Origin: an uncultured virus (IMG/VR IMGVR_UViG_3300008120_007613)
Taxonomy: Duplodnaviria > Heunggongvirae > Uroviricota > Caudoviricetes
DNA: 20,000 bases
Strand: one strand, 5' to 3'
Virus record (IMG/VR): IMGVR_UViG_3300008120_007613
The notes under the pieces are model-generated. The model searched no databases and was not told where the DNA came from. It was given only the letters and a program-made list of their open reading frames with translations. This document shows positions 10,094 to 18,147 of this stretch, in pieces (position 1 is the first letter of the stretch; each line of letters opens with the position of its first letter). A program made the translations under genes and the position numbers.

Positions 10094-10809
10094 AAATAGG
10101 TATTATTTGTTTAGCTAATGGACCCTATTCTATTTTTATAGATAATCTGATTGATAGTTGTGAAGAAAAGTTATTAATTAAACATATCAAGGAATATTTT
10201 ATCATTACAGATAATGAATTTAATAATAGTATCAAAGAAAACGTTACTGTAATATATAAACAACGAAATGGATGGCCATTAGATTGTTTATTACGACCTC
10301 AATATTCTTATGAGTTAGAAGATAAGATTAAACATTTAGATTATGTTTATTTTTTTAATGCTAATATGTTTATATATAATGAAATAGGAGAAGAAATATT
10401 ACCTGATGAAAGTGAATTAATTGGGGTTGAACATGCTTGTTATACTCATAGAAACAATTTAATGTTTACTTATGATAGAAATCCGTTAACTAAAGCTTAC
10501 ATTCCCGAAGGAGAAGGAAAAATATACTATCAAGCTTGTTTATGGGGAGGTACATCTTCTGCCTTTATAAAATTAAGTAAAACTATACAAGAGTGGACTA
10601 ATGAAGATTTAAATAATAAAGTTGAACCAATATGGTTAGATGAGTCATATTTGAATAAATATTTTCTTATTAACCCACCAAAAATATTACATCCTTTATT
10701 TGCTTGGCCCACAAATATGCCTCTTTATTCAGATTCACCAGAAATTAAAATAATTCAATTACAAAAAAAAGACTATATTTCTGATGATAATTTTAGGTTT
10801 GTTAAATAA
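10090..10809 (+). CDS. GT6 family glycosyltransferase (ABO-like; NXN type)
   Basis: KIGIICLANGPY, YFFNAN (NXN in place of DXD), YDRNP...AYIP, YYQACLWGG and WLDESYLNKYF. Confidence 0.88.
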   Translation: MKIGIICLANGPYSIFIDNLIDSCEEKLLIKHIKEYFIITDNEFNNSIKENVTVIYKQRNGWPLDCLLRPQYSYELEDKIKHLDYVYFFNANMFIYNEIGEEILPDESELIGVEHACYTHRNNLMFTYDRNPLTKAYIPEGEGKIYYQACLWGGTSSAFIKLSKTIQEWTNEDLNNKVEPIWLDESYLNKYFLINPPKILHPLFAWPTNMPLYSDSPEIKIIQLQKKDYISDDNFRFVK

Positions 10810-10829
10810 AATTTATTATATTTAATATT

Positions 10830-12113
10830 ATGATTTTAAAAGATAATATAAGTTCCCTAGTAGGTAATCATGTAGCACCCTATATATACAATGCTAATAA
10901 CTTTGAACCAGGTAAAACATTTATATATTACTCTGGTCCATATTGGGATAATCGTGAAACAGAAGCTGCTATTGATTCATTTCTAAATGGGAAATGGATA
11001 ACTGCTGGAGAACGAGTTTATAAATTTGAAAACGCCTTTAGTAAAAGATTTAATACCAAATATTCCCATATGGTGAATTCAGGTTCATCAGCAAATTTAG
11101 TATTAATTGCTGCTCTTAAAAAACGATTCAATTGGCAAGATAATGATGAAATTATTGTATCGCCTGTTGGATTTGCAACTACTATTTCAGTATTATCACA
11201 AAACAGATTAAAACCAGTATTTGTAGACATTGAGTGGGATACTTTAAATTTTGATTTAAACCAAATTGAATCTAAAATTACATCAAGAACTAAAGGTATA
11301 TTTGTTTCTCCTGTATTAGGTAATCCTCCTAATATGGATAAATTGATCAAAATATGTTATAAATATAATTTAAAATTAATAGGAGATAATTGTGATAGCT
11401 TAGGTAGTAAATGGGATAACAAATATTTAAACGAATACTATGTAGCATACTCAAATTCATTTTATCCAGCACACCACATAAGCACAGGAGAAGGGGGAAT
11501 GGTATGTTCTGATGATGATAAGTTAAAACAATTATTTGTTAGTTTAAGCTGGTGGGGAAGGGATTGCTATTGTATAGGTTCAGCTAATTTGTTATCATGT
11601 GGTACCTGTGGTAATAGGTTTGATAAATGGCTTGAAAACTATGATGGAATAGTAGATCACAAGTATGTCTTTTCAGAAATGGGATATAATCTTAAACCAC
11701 TTGATTTACAGGGAGCTATTGGACTAATTCAATTAGATAAATTAGACGAAATCGAATCTAATAGAAAACGTTCTAAAGAAGTTATATCTAAAATATTCAC
11801 TGATAATGTTTCTGGTTTAAAAATACCTAAAACTTTATCTAAAGCAGATCCATGCTGGTTTGGTACGCCATTTATTTGTGAAGAAGAAGGATTAAAACAT
11901 AAATTAGTAGCTCATCTTGAAGCAAATAAAATTCAAACCAGAAATTATTTCGCTGGAAACATATTATTACACCCAGGATACTCTCATTTAGATGATTTCA
12001 AAAAATATCCTGAAGCAAATAAGGTATTAGATAGAGTATTCTTTATTGGGGCTGCTCCTCACTATAGAGAAAGTGTATTTCAATATATTAAAGAAGTAGT
12101 AAAAAAGTTTTAA
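10830..12113 (+). CDS. rfbH: CDP-4-keto-6-deoxyglucose 3-dehydratase (E1, RfbH/DdhC)-like, DegT/DnrJ family
   Basis: NSGSSANL, DNCDSLGS, SFYPAHHISTGEGG (His in place of the Schiff-base Lys), GRDCYC...CG Fe-S motif, DHKY and GYNLKP. Confidence 0.85.
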   Translation: MILKDNISSLVGNHVAPYIYNANNFEPGKTFIYYSGPYWDNRETEAAIDSFLNGKWITAGERVYKFENAFSKRFNTKYSHMVNSGSSANLVLIAALKKRFNWQDNDEIIVSPVGFATTISVLSQNRLKPVFVDIEWDTLNFDLNQIESKITSRTKGIFVSPVLGNPPNMDKLIKICYKYNLKLIGDNCDSLGSKWDNKYLNEYYVAYSNSFYPAHHISTGEGGMVCSDDDKLKQLFVSLSWWGRDCYCIGSANLLSCGTCGNRFDKWLENYDGIVDHKYVFSEMGYNLKPLDLQGAIGLIQLDKLDEIESNRKRSKEVISKIFTDNVSGLKIPKTLSKADPCWFGTPFICEEEGLKHKLVAHLEANKIQTRNYFAGNILLHPGYSHLDDFKKYPEANKVLDRVFFIGAAPHYRESVFQYIKEVVKKF

Positions 12114-12114
12114 T

Positions 12115-12864
12115 ATGAATGTTTTACTATTAGGAGAAAAAGGCTACTTAGGTTCATACTTGTATGAAAAACTAAAAGTAGATACTTTAGAAACTAGAGA
12201 ATTATATAATAATGGTAAAATATACAATTATGTTATTAACTGTATAGGTAAACCTAACTTAGAATATTGTGAAATCCATAAAGAAGAAACAGACTATTCA
12301 AATAGAGATGTAATAAAAGATATTAAAAAATATTATCCTACTAGTAAAATAATTAATTTCTCATCATATTATGTTTATAATGATGATGGGATGTGTAATG
12401 AAGAATCAAAAGTAACATATAAATATAATTATACTAAACAAAAATTAGAAGGAGAACAGTTAATAAATAATGGAGTAAGTTTTAGAGTTGGTAAATTATT
12501 TGGTCATCCTTTAAATAACCAACAAAAACTTACTGAGTACATATTAAATAATGATAATTTAACTTTAGATAACGTTTATTTTAATCCTACAAGTTTAAAT
12601 CAAGTTCTTCAAGTAATTAAATGGGAGTTGGAAAATAATAAACTTAATGGTATATTTAATTTATCTAATAATGGTGTAACAACACATTATGAATATGGTG
12701 TGTTTATAAATAATATATTACAAACTAATAAAAACATAGTTCAAACTAATAAATTAGAGAGACAATTTGATAATTATGGAAAGTTTTTAATGTCATGTAA
12801 TAAACTAAAACAATTTGTACCTTTAGTTTCTTGGAAAGAAGATATGATGGATTATTTAAAATGA
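12115..12864 (+). CDS. RmlD-like NAD(P)-dependent nucleotide-sugar 4-reductase
   Basis: GEKGYLG, INCIGKPNLEYCE, FSS and YTKQK (YxxxK). Confidence 0.7.
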   Translation: MNVLLLGEKGYLGSYLYEKLKVDTLETRELYNNGKIYNYVINCIGKPNLEYCEIHKEETDYSNRDVIKDIKKYYPTSKIINFSSYYVYNDDGMCNEESKVTYKYNYTKQKLEGEQLINNGVSFRVGKLFGHPLNNQQKLTEYILNNDNLTLDNVYFNPTSLNQVLQVIKWELENNKLNGIFNLSNNGVTTHYEYGVFINNILQTNKNIVQTNKLERQFDNYGKFLMSCNKLKQFVPLVSWKEDMMDYLK

Positions 12865-13742
12865 CTACTCAGATAATAATACACTTAATGCCCCATGAAA
12901 TTGATTGGTTTGAATGGCAAGCCAAACAATTAAAGGCAGGAAGCTGCTATATAGAAGATAAAGTAATAATTGATGTTACTTTAAATCTAAATTTAGTTGA
13001 TTGGGAAAACTCACAAATTTCTAAACATTATTTTATAGATAAGTTTAATCAAATTAAACAGTTGTTTGATTGGTGTGAAGTAATATTTGAAATAGATGAA
13101 AATAATAATTGCTTAGGTATTGATGATAAAAGAAGAAATAGTATAAGAAATTACAACCCAGATAATTTTATATACTTAGATTCTGATATTATATTTAAGA
13201 CGGAAACATTAGCATTATTAATTAATAGTGCTAAAACAATTAATGATGAATATTACATTATATCACCCCAAACACCAAAACTATGGGATTATACTTGGGA
13301 TGTATTAGTAAATAATGTATATTCAAGTCAACAATATGGGTTTGAAAAAACAATTGATCCCTACTCTATATTAAACACTGATTATGATGAAATATCATTA
13401 TCACCAATTAATGTATTTAAGTTTGGTGGAGGATGGTTTAATCTAATATCAGCAAAACTACTAAAATTTACTGATATACCAGATACATTTGGCTCATATG
13501 GTATAGATGATACTTATGTAATGTATTGCTGTGATATAATGAAGCAAAAACATCTAAAACCACAACAATATGTTATAAATAATTTAGTAGTAGCTGAAAA
13601 CTACAAATACAGAGATAATCCTTATTCTCAGTATTTAAAAATTATTAATAAAAAAGATGAATATAGAATACAAGCTGAAAATAATTTTCAAAATGAATTA
13701 AATAAATTCTATGATAAAATTTATAATAACAACAACAATTAA
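12861..13742 (+). CDS. putative GT-A fold glycosyltransferase
   Basis: ATG at 12861 overlaps the upstream stop region. YLDSDII DxD motif and GSYGIDD-like acidic motif; cluster context. Confidence 0.55.
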   Translation: MTTQIIIHLMPHEIDWFEWQAKQLKAGSCYIEDKVIIDVTLNLNLVDWENSQISKHYFIDKFNQIKQLFDWCEVIFEIDENNNCLGIDDKRRNSIRNYNPDNFIYLDSDIIFKTETLALLINSAKTINDEYYIISPQTPKLWDYTWDVLVNNVYSSQQYGFEKTIDPYSILNTDYDEISLSPINVFKFGGGWFNLISAKLLKFTDIPDTFGSYGIDDTYVMYCCDIMKQKHLKPQQYVINNLVVAENYKYRDNPYSQYLKIINKKDEYRIQAENNFQNELNKFYDKIYNNNNN

Positions 13743-14634
13743 TACTCCAACAGTAGCAACTCATAAATTTTGTGAAATTGCTAAACGTGATAATTGGATA
13801 TTTGTTGTGGTAGGTGATACTAAAACACCACATGAAGAATATGAAAACTTACCGTATTGCCACTACTTACACCCAGATAAACAAGCTGAATTATACCCTG
13901 AATTAAGTGAGGCTATCGGATGGAAAACAATCCAACGTCGTAATATTGGGTTCGTTTATGCTTATAATCATGGGGCTGAAATAGTAGCTACAGTTGATGA
14001 TGATAATATTCCTTATGATAATTGGGGAACTGATTTATATATTAGTAAGGAAGTAGAAGTAGATTATTGGACATCTGAAAACCATGTATTTGATCCATTA
14101 TCAGTAACTAATTATCCTCATCTATGGCATAGAGGTTATCCAATTGATTATTTACAAGTTAGAGATAGAGTTACTTATTTAGGCAAGAAAAAAGTTACAC
14201 CATTAATTCAAGCCGACTTATGGGATGGAGATCCTGATATTGATGCAATGTGCAGATTAACATTTAAACCAGTATGTAAATTTAATACCACAGGACCGTT
14301 TGCCTCAAGTAAACCATCTCCATTTAATTCACAAAATACATTTATCCATAGAGATGCTTTAAAACACTATGCAGTATGGCCTTATGTAGGCAGAATGGAT
14401 GATATTTGGGGTGGCTATTATACCCAAGAAATGATTGGACCTGATAAGTTAATTTATAATAGGGCATCCGTTTATCAAGATAGAAATGTTCAAGATCTAA
14501 TTGTTAATTTAGAAAAGGAAATTATTGGATACAGAAATACGCTTGACTTTACAAAATCATCAAGTACAGCAGCTTCATATGTCCCTGAAGAAACAAGAAA
14601 ATTCTTAAACATTTATTTTAAACATCTTAATTAA
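13711..14634 (+). CDS. STELLO/RGP (GT75, DUF288)-like protein; possible nucleotide-sugar mutase or glycosyltransferase
   Basis: VVVGDTKTP, RRNIGFVYAY, VDDDN, RGYP, GDPDIDA, FNSQNT and RMDDIW. Confidence 0.8.
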   Translation: MIKFIITTTINTPTVATHKFCEIAKRDNWIFVVVGDTKTPHEEYENLPYCHYLHPDKQAELYPELSEAIGWKTIQRRNIGFVYAYNHGAEIVATVDDDNIPYDNWGTDLYISKEVEVDYWTSENHVFDPLSVTNYPHLWHRGYPIDYLQVRDRVTYLGKKKVTPLIQADLWDGDPDIDAMCRLTFKPVCKFNTTGPFASSKPSPFNSQNTFIHRDALKHYAVWPYVGRMDDIWGGYYTQEMIGPDKLIYNRASVYQDRNVQDLIVNLEKEIIGYRNTLDFTKSSSTAASYVPEETRKFLNIYFKHLN

Positions 14635-15503
14635 TGAAAATATCAGCAGTTATAGTATCTAGAAATGATGGATACGGAGGACATTTAAATGAAAGAGCAA
14701 CATATTGCTTTAATTCAGCAATTGATACTTATGATGAAGTAATTTATGTAGATTGGAACTCACCAACACATAGTTTACTTTATGATATTAAAGACAATAT
14801 TCAATTTAAAGGTAACTTTAAACATATTGTAATATCACCTGAAATTGCTTCAGTACTAACTAATGGAGATCCTAATGCTCAGAAATGCTGTGAAGTATTA
14901 GGTCGCAATATTGGTTTAAGACGTGCTACAGGTGACTATCTAGTATCAACTAATATTGATATTATTCACCCAAAACGTGATCAATTAGAAGAAACAATCG
15001 CTCAACTAGATATTAGATCGTTTTATACAATTAGTAGAAGACATACTGATTGGGACATTATTAAAGCATTCCATAATGATGAAATACCATTTTCAGAATG
15101 GAAATCATTAAGAGAATATCTAATAACCAACTCAGAAGAACGTCACTTTGAAGAAACAACTGTAAGCGGAGATAACTATAGTATTATTAATTGTTGTGGA
15201 GATTACCAAATTGCCTTTAGAGAAATATGGAATGAAATTCGTGGATTTGAAGAAGCATTAATATATTCACTGTATGCTGATACTAATGTCCAAAAGAAAG
15301 CACTAATGCATGGTTTTGGATTAAAAGCAATATACAACCCAGCCTTATTTCATATTGAACATGGTCGTGGGGGTGGTGGATTTTTAGATGGTATTAATAA
15401 AGTAACTAATGATCCATATCGTGCTATAGTATACCAAAATAAAACAGAAAATAGCGATTCATGGGGATTCGGAGATACAGAAATTGAATTTGAAATCTTT
15501 TAA
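14634..15503 (+). CDS. putative GT-A/GT2-like glycosyltransferase
   Basis: SRNDGYGG, YVDWNS, RNIGLRRATGDYLVSTNIDI, GFEE and FHIEH. Confidence 0.65.
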   Translation: MKISAVIVSRNDGYGGHLNERATYCFNSAIDTYDEVIYVDWNSPTHSLLYDIKDNIQFKGNFKHIVISPEIASVLTNGDPNAQKCCEVLGRNIGLRRATGDYLVSTNIDIIHPKRDQLEETIAQLDIRSFYTISRRHTDWDIIKAFHNDEIPFSEWKSLREYLITNSEERHFEETTVSGDNYSIINCCGDYQIAFREIWNEIRGFEEALIYSLYADTNVQKKALMHGFGLKAIYNPALFHIEHGRGGGGFLDGINKVTNDPYRAIVYQNKTENSDSWGFGDTEIEFEIF

Positions 15504-15526
15504 GATATTTATAAGAAATTCAGTTT

Positions 15527-16066
15527 ATGCCTCGTCAACGTCGCTCCAAATTAGACCCATTAAGTCGAATCATGACTCTCGGTGATATAGAAACTGAGGT
15601 AGTAAACGACATAATCCACAGCATATATGAGATAAATGAGGAGGATATTAAAAAACAAACAGCAGAACCAATAAAACTAATAATTAACTCAGCTGGTGGG
15701 GAAATATATAGTGGACTTGCTTTAATAGATGTAATTAATACTTCGTTGACTCCAATCCATACAATTTGCCATGGCTCAGCCATGTCTATGGGACTAATAG
15801 TATTCGTAGCAGGTCATCAAAGAATGGCTAGTCCCAATGCTACATTTATGTATCATGAAGCCATGTACGGTCTTGAAGGTAAAACAATGTATCATAAACA
15901 AGAAATGAAAGAAGCAAACCGTGTTGATAAGATATGTGATGATTATTTATTATCTAAAACAAAATTAACACAGAAATTATTAGATAACGTTAAAAATACA
16001 CAAGCAGAATGGTATTTCGATGCGAAAATTGCGTTGAAATATGGTGTGGTTAGTGAAATTGTCTAA
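15527..16066 (+). CDS. clpP: ClpP-family (S14) serine peptidase
   Basis: INSAGG, SAMSMG (Ser87), FMYHE (His110) and C-terminal ALKYGVVSEIV. The expected triad Asp position is Glu161. Confidence 0.88.
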   Translation: MPRQRRSKLDPLSRIMTLGDIETEVVNDIIHSIYEINEEDIKKQTAEPIKLIINSAGGEIYSGLALIDVINTSLTPIHTICHGSAMSMGLIVFVAGHQRMASPNATFMYHEAMYGLEGKTMYHKQEMKEANRVDKICDDYLLSKTKLTQKLLDNVKNTQAEWYFDAKIALKYGVVSEIV

Positions 16067-16092
16067 TATTTATATATAACAATACTATAAAA

Positions 16093-16386
16093 ATGGCTAA
16101 TCCGAAACTAAGAGTAGATGTAAATCATAACCCAACTAAAAAGGGTATTAAGGTTCAATTTGTAATGCCTCAAACTGTTGAAGGTGATGCTAAGGCTGAA
16201 ATGACTCAAAAGCTACAAGCTAAATTGAATCAAGGATTAGCTCAATATGGTTTAACAGTTAGCCAAGACACAGATGTGCCTTATGCTAATGTAATTGGGT
16301 TCTTAATTCCAATTGCTGATGTTAAATTAATGATTAAGAAGGCTATTACTGGTGGTGGTGCTGCTCCTGAACCACCTGCTATTTAA
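16093..16386 (+). CDS. hypothetical protein, 97 aa
   Basis: Clean ORF with an A-rich leader, downstream of an ATATTTATA motif. Confidence 0.75.
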   Translation: MANPKLRVDVNHNPTKKGIKVQFVMPQTVEGDAKAEMTQKLQAKLNQGLAQYGLTVSQDTDVPYANVIGFLIPIADVKLMIKKAITGGGAAPEPPAI

Positions 16387-16403
16387 TTAATCAAAAATAG
16401 GTT

Positions 16404-16718
16404 ATGGTTAAAAGAAAAATGAAAAGGAAAATTCCTGTACTCCGTGTAAGTGTTGAGCCAGGGGCCAGTTATTCCCAATTAAAAGAAGTCCCAGAAATAC
16501 AAAAAGTAGTTTTAGAAGAGGCAGTATATGCAATTAAAGAAGGTATTGAAAAAAATAAACCTTCAATCTCTCTATTTGAGGTGGCATACTCAGATTATTA
16601 TATTGAGTTAAAGAAAGACAAGTGGAAATCAACACTTGAAAAAGCACTTGAATATTATATCGAAAGAGAAGAATATGACAAGTGTGCTGAAACTAGGGAC
16701 TTAATAAATAAACTATGA
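16404..16718 (+). CDS. hypothetical protein with C-terminal UVR (UvrB/UvrC)-like coiled-coil motif
   Basis: C-terminus LEKALEYYIEREEYDKCAETRDLINKL resembles the EeyE.AA.lRD motif. Paralogous to 19689..20000. Confidence 0.7.
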   Translation: MVKRKMKRKIPVLRVSVEPGASYSQLKEVPEIQKVVLEEAVYAIKEGIEKNKPSISLFEVAYSDYYIELKKDKWKSTLEKALEYYIEREEYDKCAETRDLINKL

Positions 16719-17143
16719 ACGAAGGAGAAAAACACGCTGAGGGTATCAAAAAAGAAATTGATGATATCCTTGGTACAGATACATTTTTAAAGCCAAAGAA
16801 AAAAACTGAGGATGATGCTCAACGTGAACGATTTGAAAAAATCATTCAAATGATGCAGGAAATAGAAATACGTGGAATACTACTTGCAACTGATTTAAGA
16901 TTAGATTTTACAACGTATGATGAAAAATTCTATAAAGTTATAGATAATCTTATTGAAATGCAGTTTGGAAAAGAGGTAGCTGAATTAATATTCTTCTACC
17001 TATACGAAAGAGAAAATCCAGATGGCACTATTAATGAATTAATAGATGATAGTAATAATATTGTACCGTTACATACCCCATCTGATCTTTGGCATCTTAT
17101 AAAAACAACTCAAGCCAAAGTTGGAAGGCAAAGAAAAAAATAA
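16715..17143 (+). CDS. hypothetical protein, 142 aa
   Basis: ATGA-coupled to the upstream ORF. No motif recognised. Confidence 0.75.
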   Translation: MNEGEKHAEGIKKEIDDILGTDTFLKPKKKTEDDAQRERFEKIIQMMQEIEIRGILLATDLRLDFTTYDEKFYKVIDNLIEMQFGKEVAELIFFYLYERENPDGTINELIDDSNNIVPLHTPSDLWHLIKTTQAKVGRQRKK

Positions 17144-17151
17144 TATATTTA
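17120..17151 (+). promoter_or_regulatory. Bacteroidota-type sigma promoter (GTTG-N20-TATATTTA)
   Basis: Same register as the copies at 17970 and 19312; lies 22 nt upstream of the lipoprotein ATG. Confidence 0.55.
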
Positions 17152-17173
17152 TTCTTAACCAAAAATAGATATC

Positions 17174-17338
17174 ATGAAAAAGATGATCGCAATCGTGGCA
17201 ATCGTAATGTTCGCTGTAGCTTGTAATGGTTCAGCTGAAACTCCGGCCACAACAACTGACTCAACTACTCAAGTTGACAGTACTGTAGTAGCTGCTGATT
17301 CTACAGCAACCGTAGACAGCACTGCCGCTGCAAAATAA
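17174..17338 (+). CDS. small lipoprotein (54 aa) with four D-S-T motifs; not in the ORF track
   Basis: Manual translation: MKKMIAIVAIVMFAVA-CNGSAETPATTTDSTTQVDSTVVAADSTATVDSTAAAK. It has a basic N-terminus, a hydrophobic core and a lipobox Cys17, plus its own promoter and terminator. Confidence 0.85.
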   Translation: MKKMIAIVAIVMFAVACNGSAETPATTTDSTTQVDSTVVAADSTATVDSTAAAK

Positions 17339-17372
17339 TTTAGAGGGGCTTCGGCCCCCTAATTTTATTTTT
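17339..17372 (+). terminator. intrinsic terminator
   Basis: GGGGC-TTCG-GCCCC hairpin (17345-17358) with a cUUCGg tetraloop, followed by a T-rich tract. Confidence 0.85.
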
Positions 17373-17376
17373 CGTT

Positions 17377-17979
17377 ATGCCGTTACCAAAACCACTTTCC
17401 AAAGAAGATATTTTAAGGGCAATGCGATTCACAAAATCGAATCGTGCTGCTGCTCGCTACTTAGGATGCTCATATCAACACTATAAACCGTTTGCTAAGT
17501 TATTTAGAGTAGATGAGGCTGATCCTACTTCACCTACATTATTTGATGCACATAAAAATCAAAGCGGTAAAGGTATTCCTAAATTCCTACCTGATAGAAA
17601 ACGAACACCAAACGTTAAACTTATAGTTGAAACAGGTACTGGTTGGGAATCCTTCACACCTGAAAAAATAAAATCAAGGTTAATAGCTGAGGGTTATTTA
17701 AAAGAAGAATGTTATGCTTGTGGATTCTGTGAGCGTAGAGTAACTGATTATAAGATACCACTATTGTTAAATTTTAAGGATGGTAATAAATTTAATTATC
17801 TACTTAATAATTTAGAATTATTATGTTATAATCATTATTTCCTACTTGTAGCGGATCCATTAACACCAGATCAAGTACGCCATATTGAAGACAATACTGA
17901 GGTTAAAGCAGTATCTCATACTTGGGATTTAGATGAAGCAGCCTTAGAAAATATGAAGGCATTAGGATTATTGGATTAG
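17377..17979 (+). CDS. HTH plus degenerate HNH-like zinc-finger protein
   Basis: N-terminal SNRAAARYLGCSY helix-turn-helix. CYACG...LLLNFKDGNKFNYLLNNLELLCYNHY is HNH-like but lacks the catalytic His residues. Confidence 0.7.
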   Translation: MPLPKPLSKEDILRAMRFTKSNRAAARYLGCSYQHYKPFAKLFRVDEADPTSPTLFDAHKNQSGKGIPKFLPDRKRTPNVKLIVETGTGWESFTPEKIKSRLIAEGYLKEECYACGFCERRVTDYKIPLLLNFKDGNKFNYLLNNLELLCYNHYFLLVADPLTPDQVRHIEDNTEVKAVSHTWDLDEAALENMKALGLLD

Positions 17980-18001
17980 GCAAAATAAAATCGTATATTT
18001 A
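17970..18001 (+). promoter_or_regulatory. Bacteroidota-type sigma promoter (ATTG-N20-TATATTTA)
   Basis: 17971-18000 is 28/30 identical to 19313-19342. Confidence 0.65.
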
Positions 18002-18006
18002 ATTAA

Positions 18007-18147
18007 ATGATTAAAGCATTTAAAAAACGTAAATTACATTATATAGATGAAGATGGTAACAAACACACTTATAATGTATACGTATACGAACAAAGAGGTA
18101 AATTTAATAGAGAATTGAAACCATTAAAAATAAAAAAATCAAAATGA
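18007..18147 (+). CDS. small basic hypothetical protein, 46 aa; not in the ORF track
   Basis: MIKAFKKRKLHYIDEDGNKHTYNVYVYEQRGKFNRELKPLKIKKSK. It starts just after a promoter and its TGA overlaps the next ATG (ATGA). Confidence 0.6.
   Translation: MIKAFKKRKLHYIDEDGNKHTYNVYVYEQRGKFNRELKPLKIKKSK

Noticed and set aside
10793..10824. Fourth host-type promoter upstream of rfbH
   Set aside because: TATATTTA is present, but the -33 position reads TTAG and the region is very AT-rich; too weak to list as a feature.
2664..12860. Track start sites at 2664, 7696 and 12831
   Set aside because: Downstream ATGs (2694, 7732, 12861) give tight coupling to the upstream gene and, for 7732, the canonical MKILVTG start.
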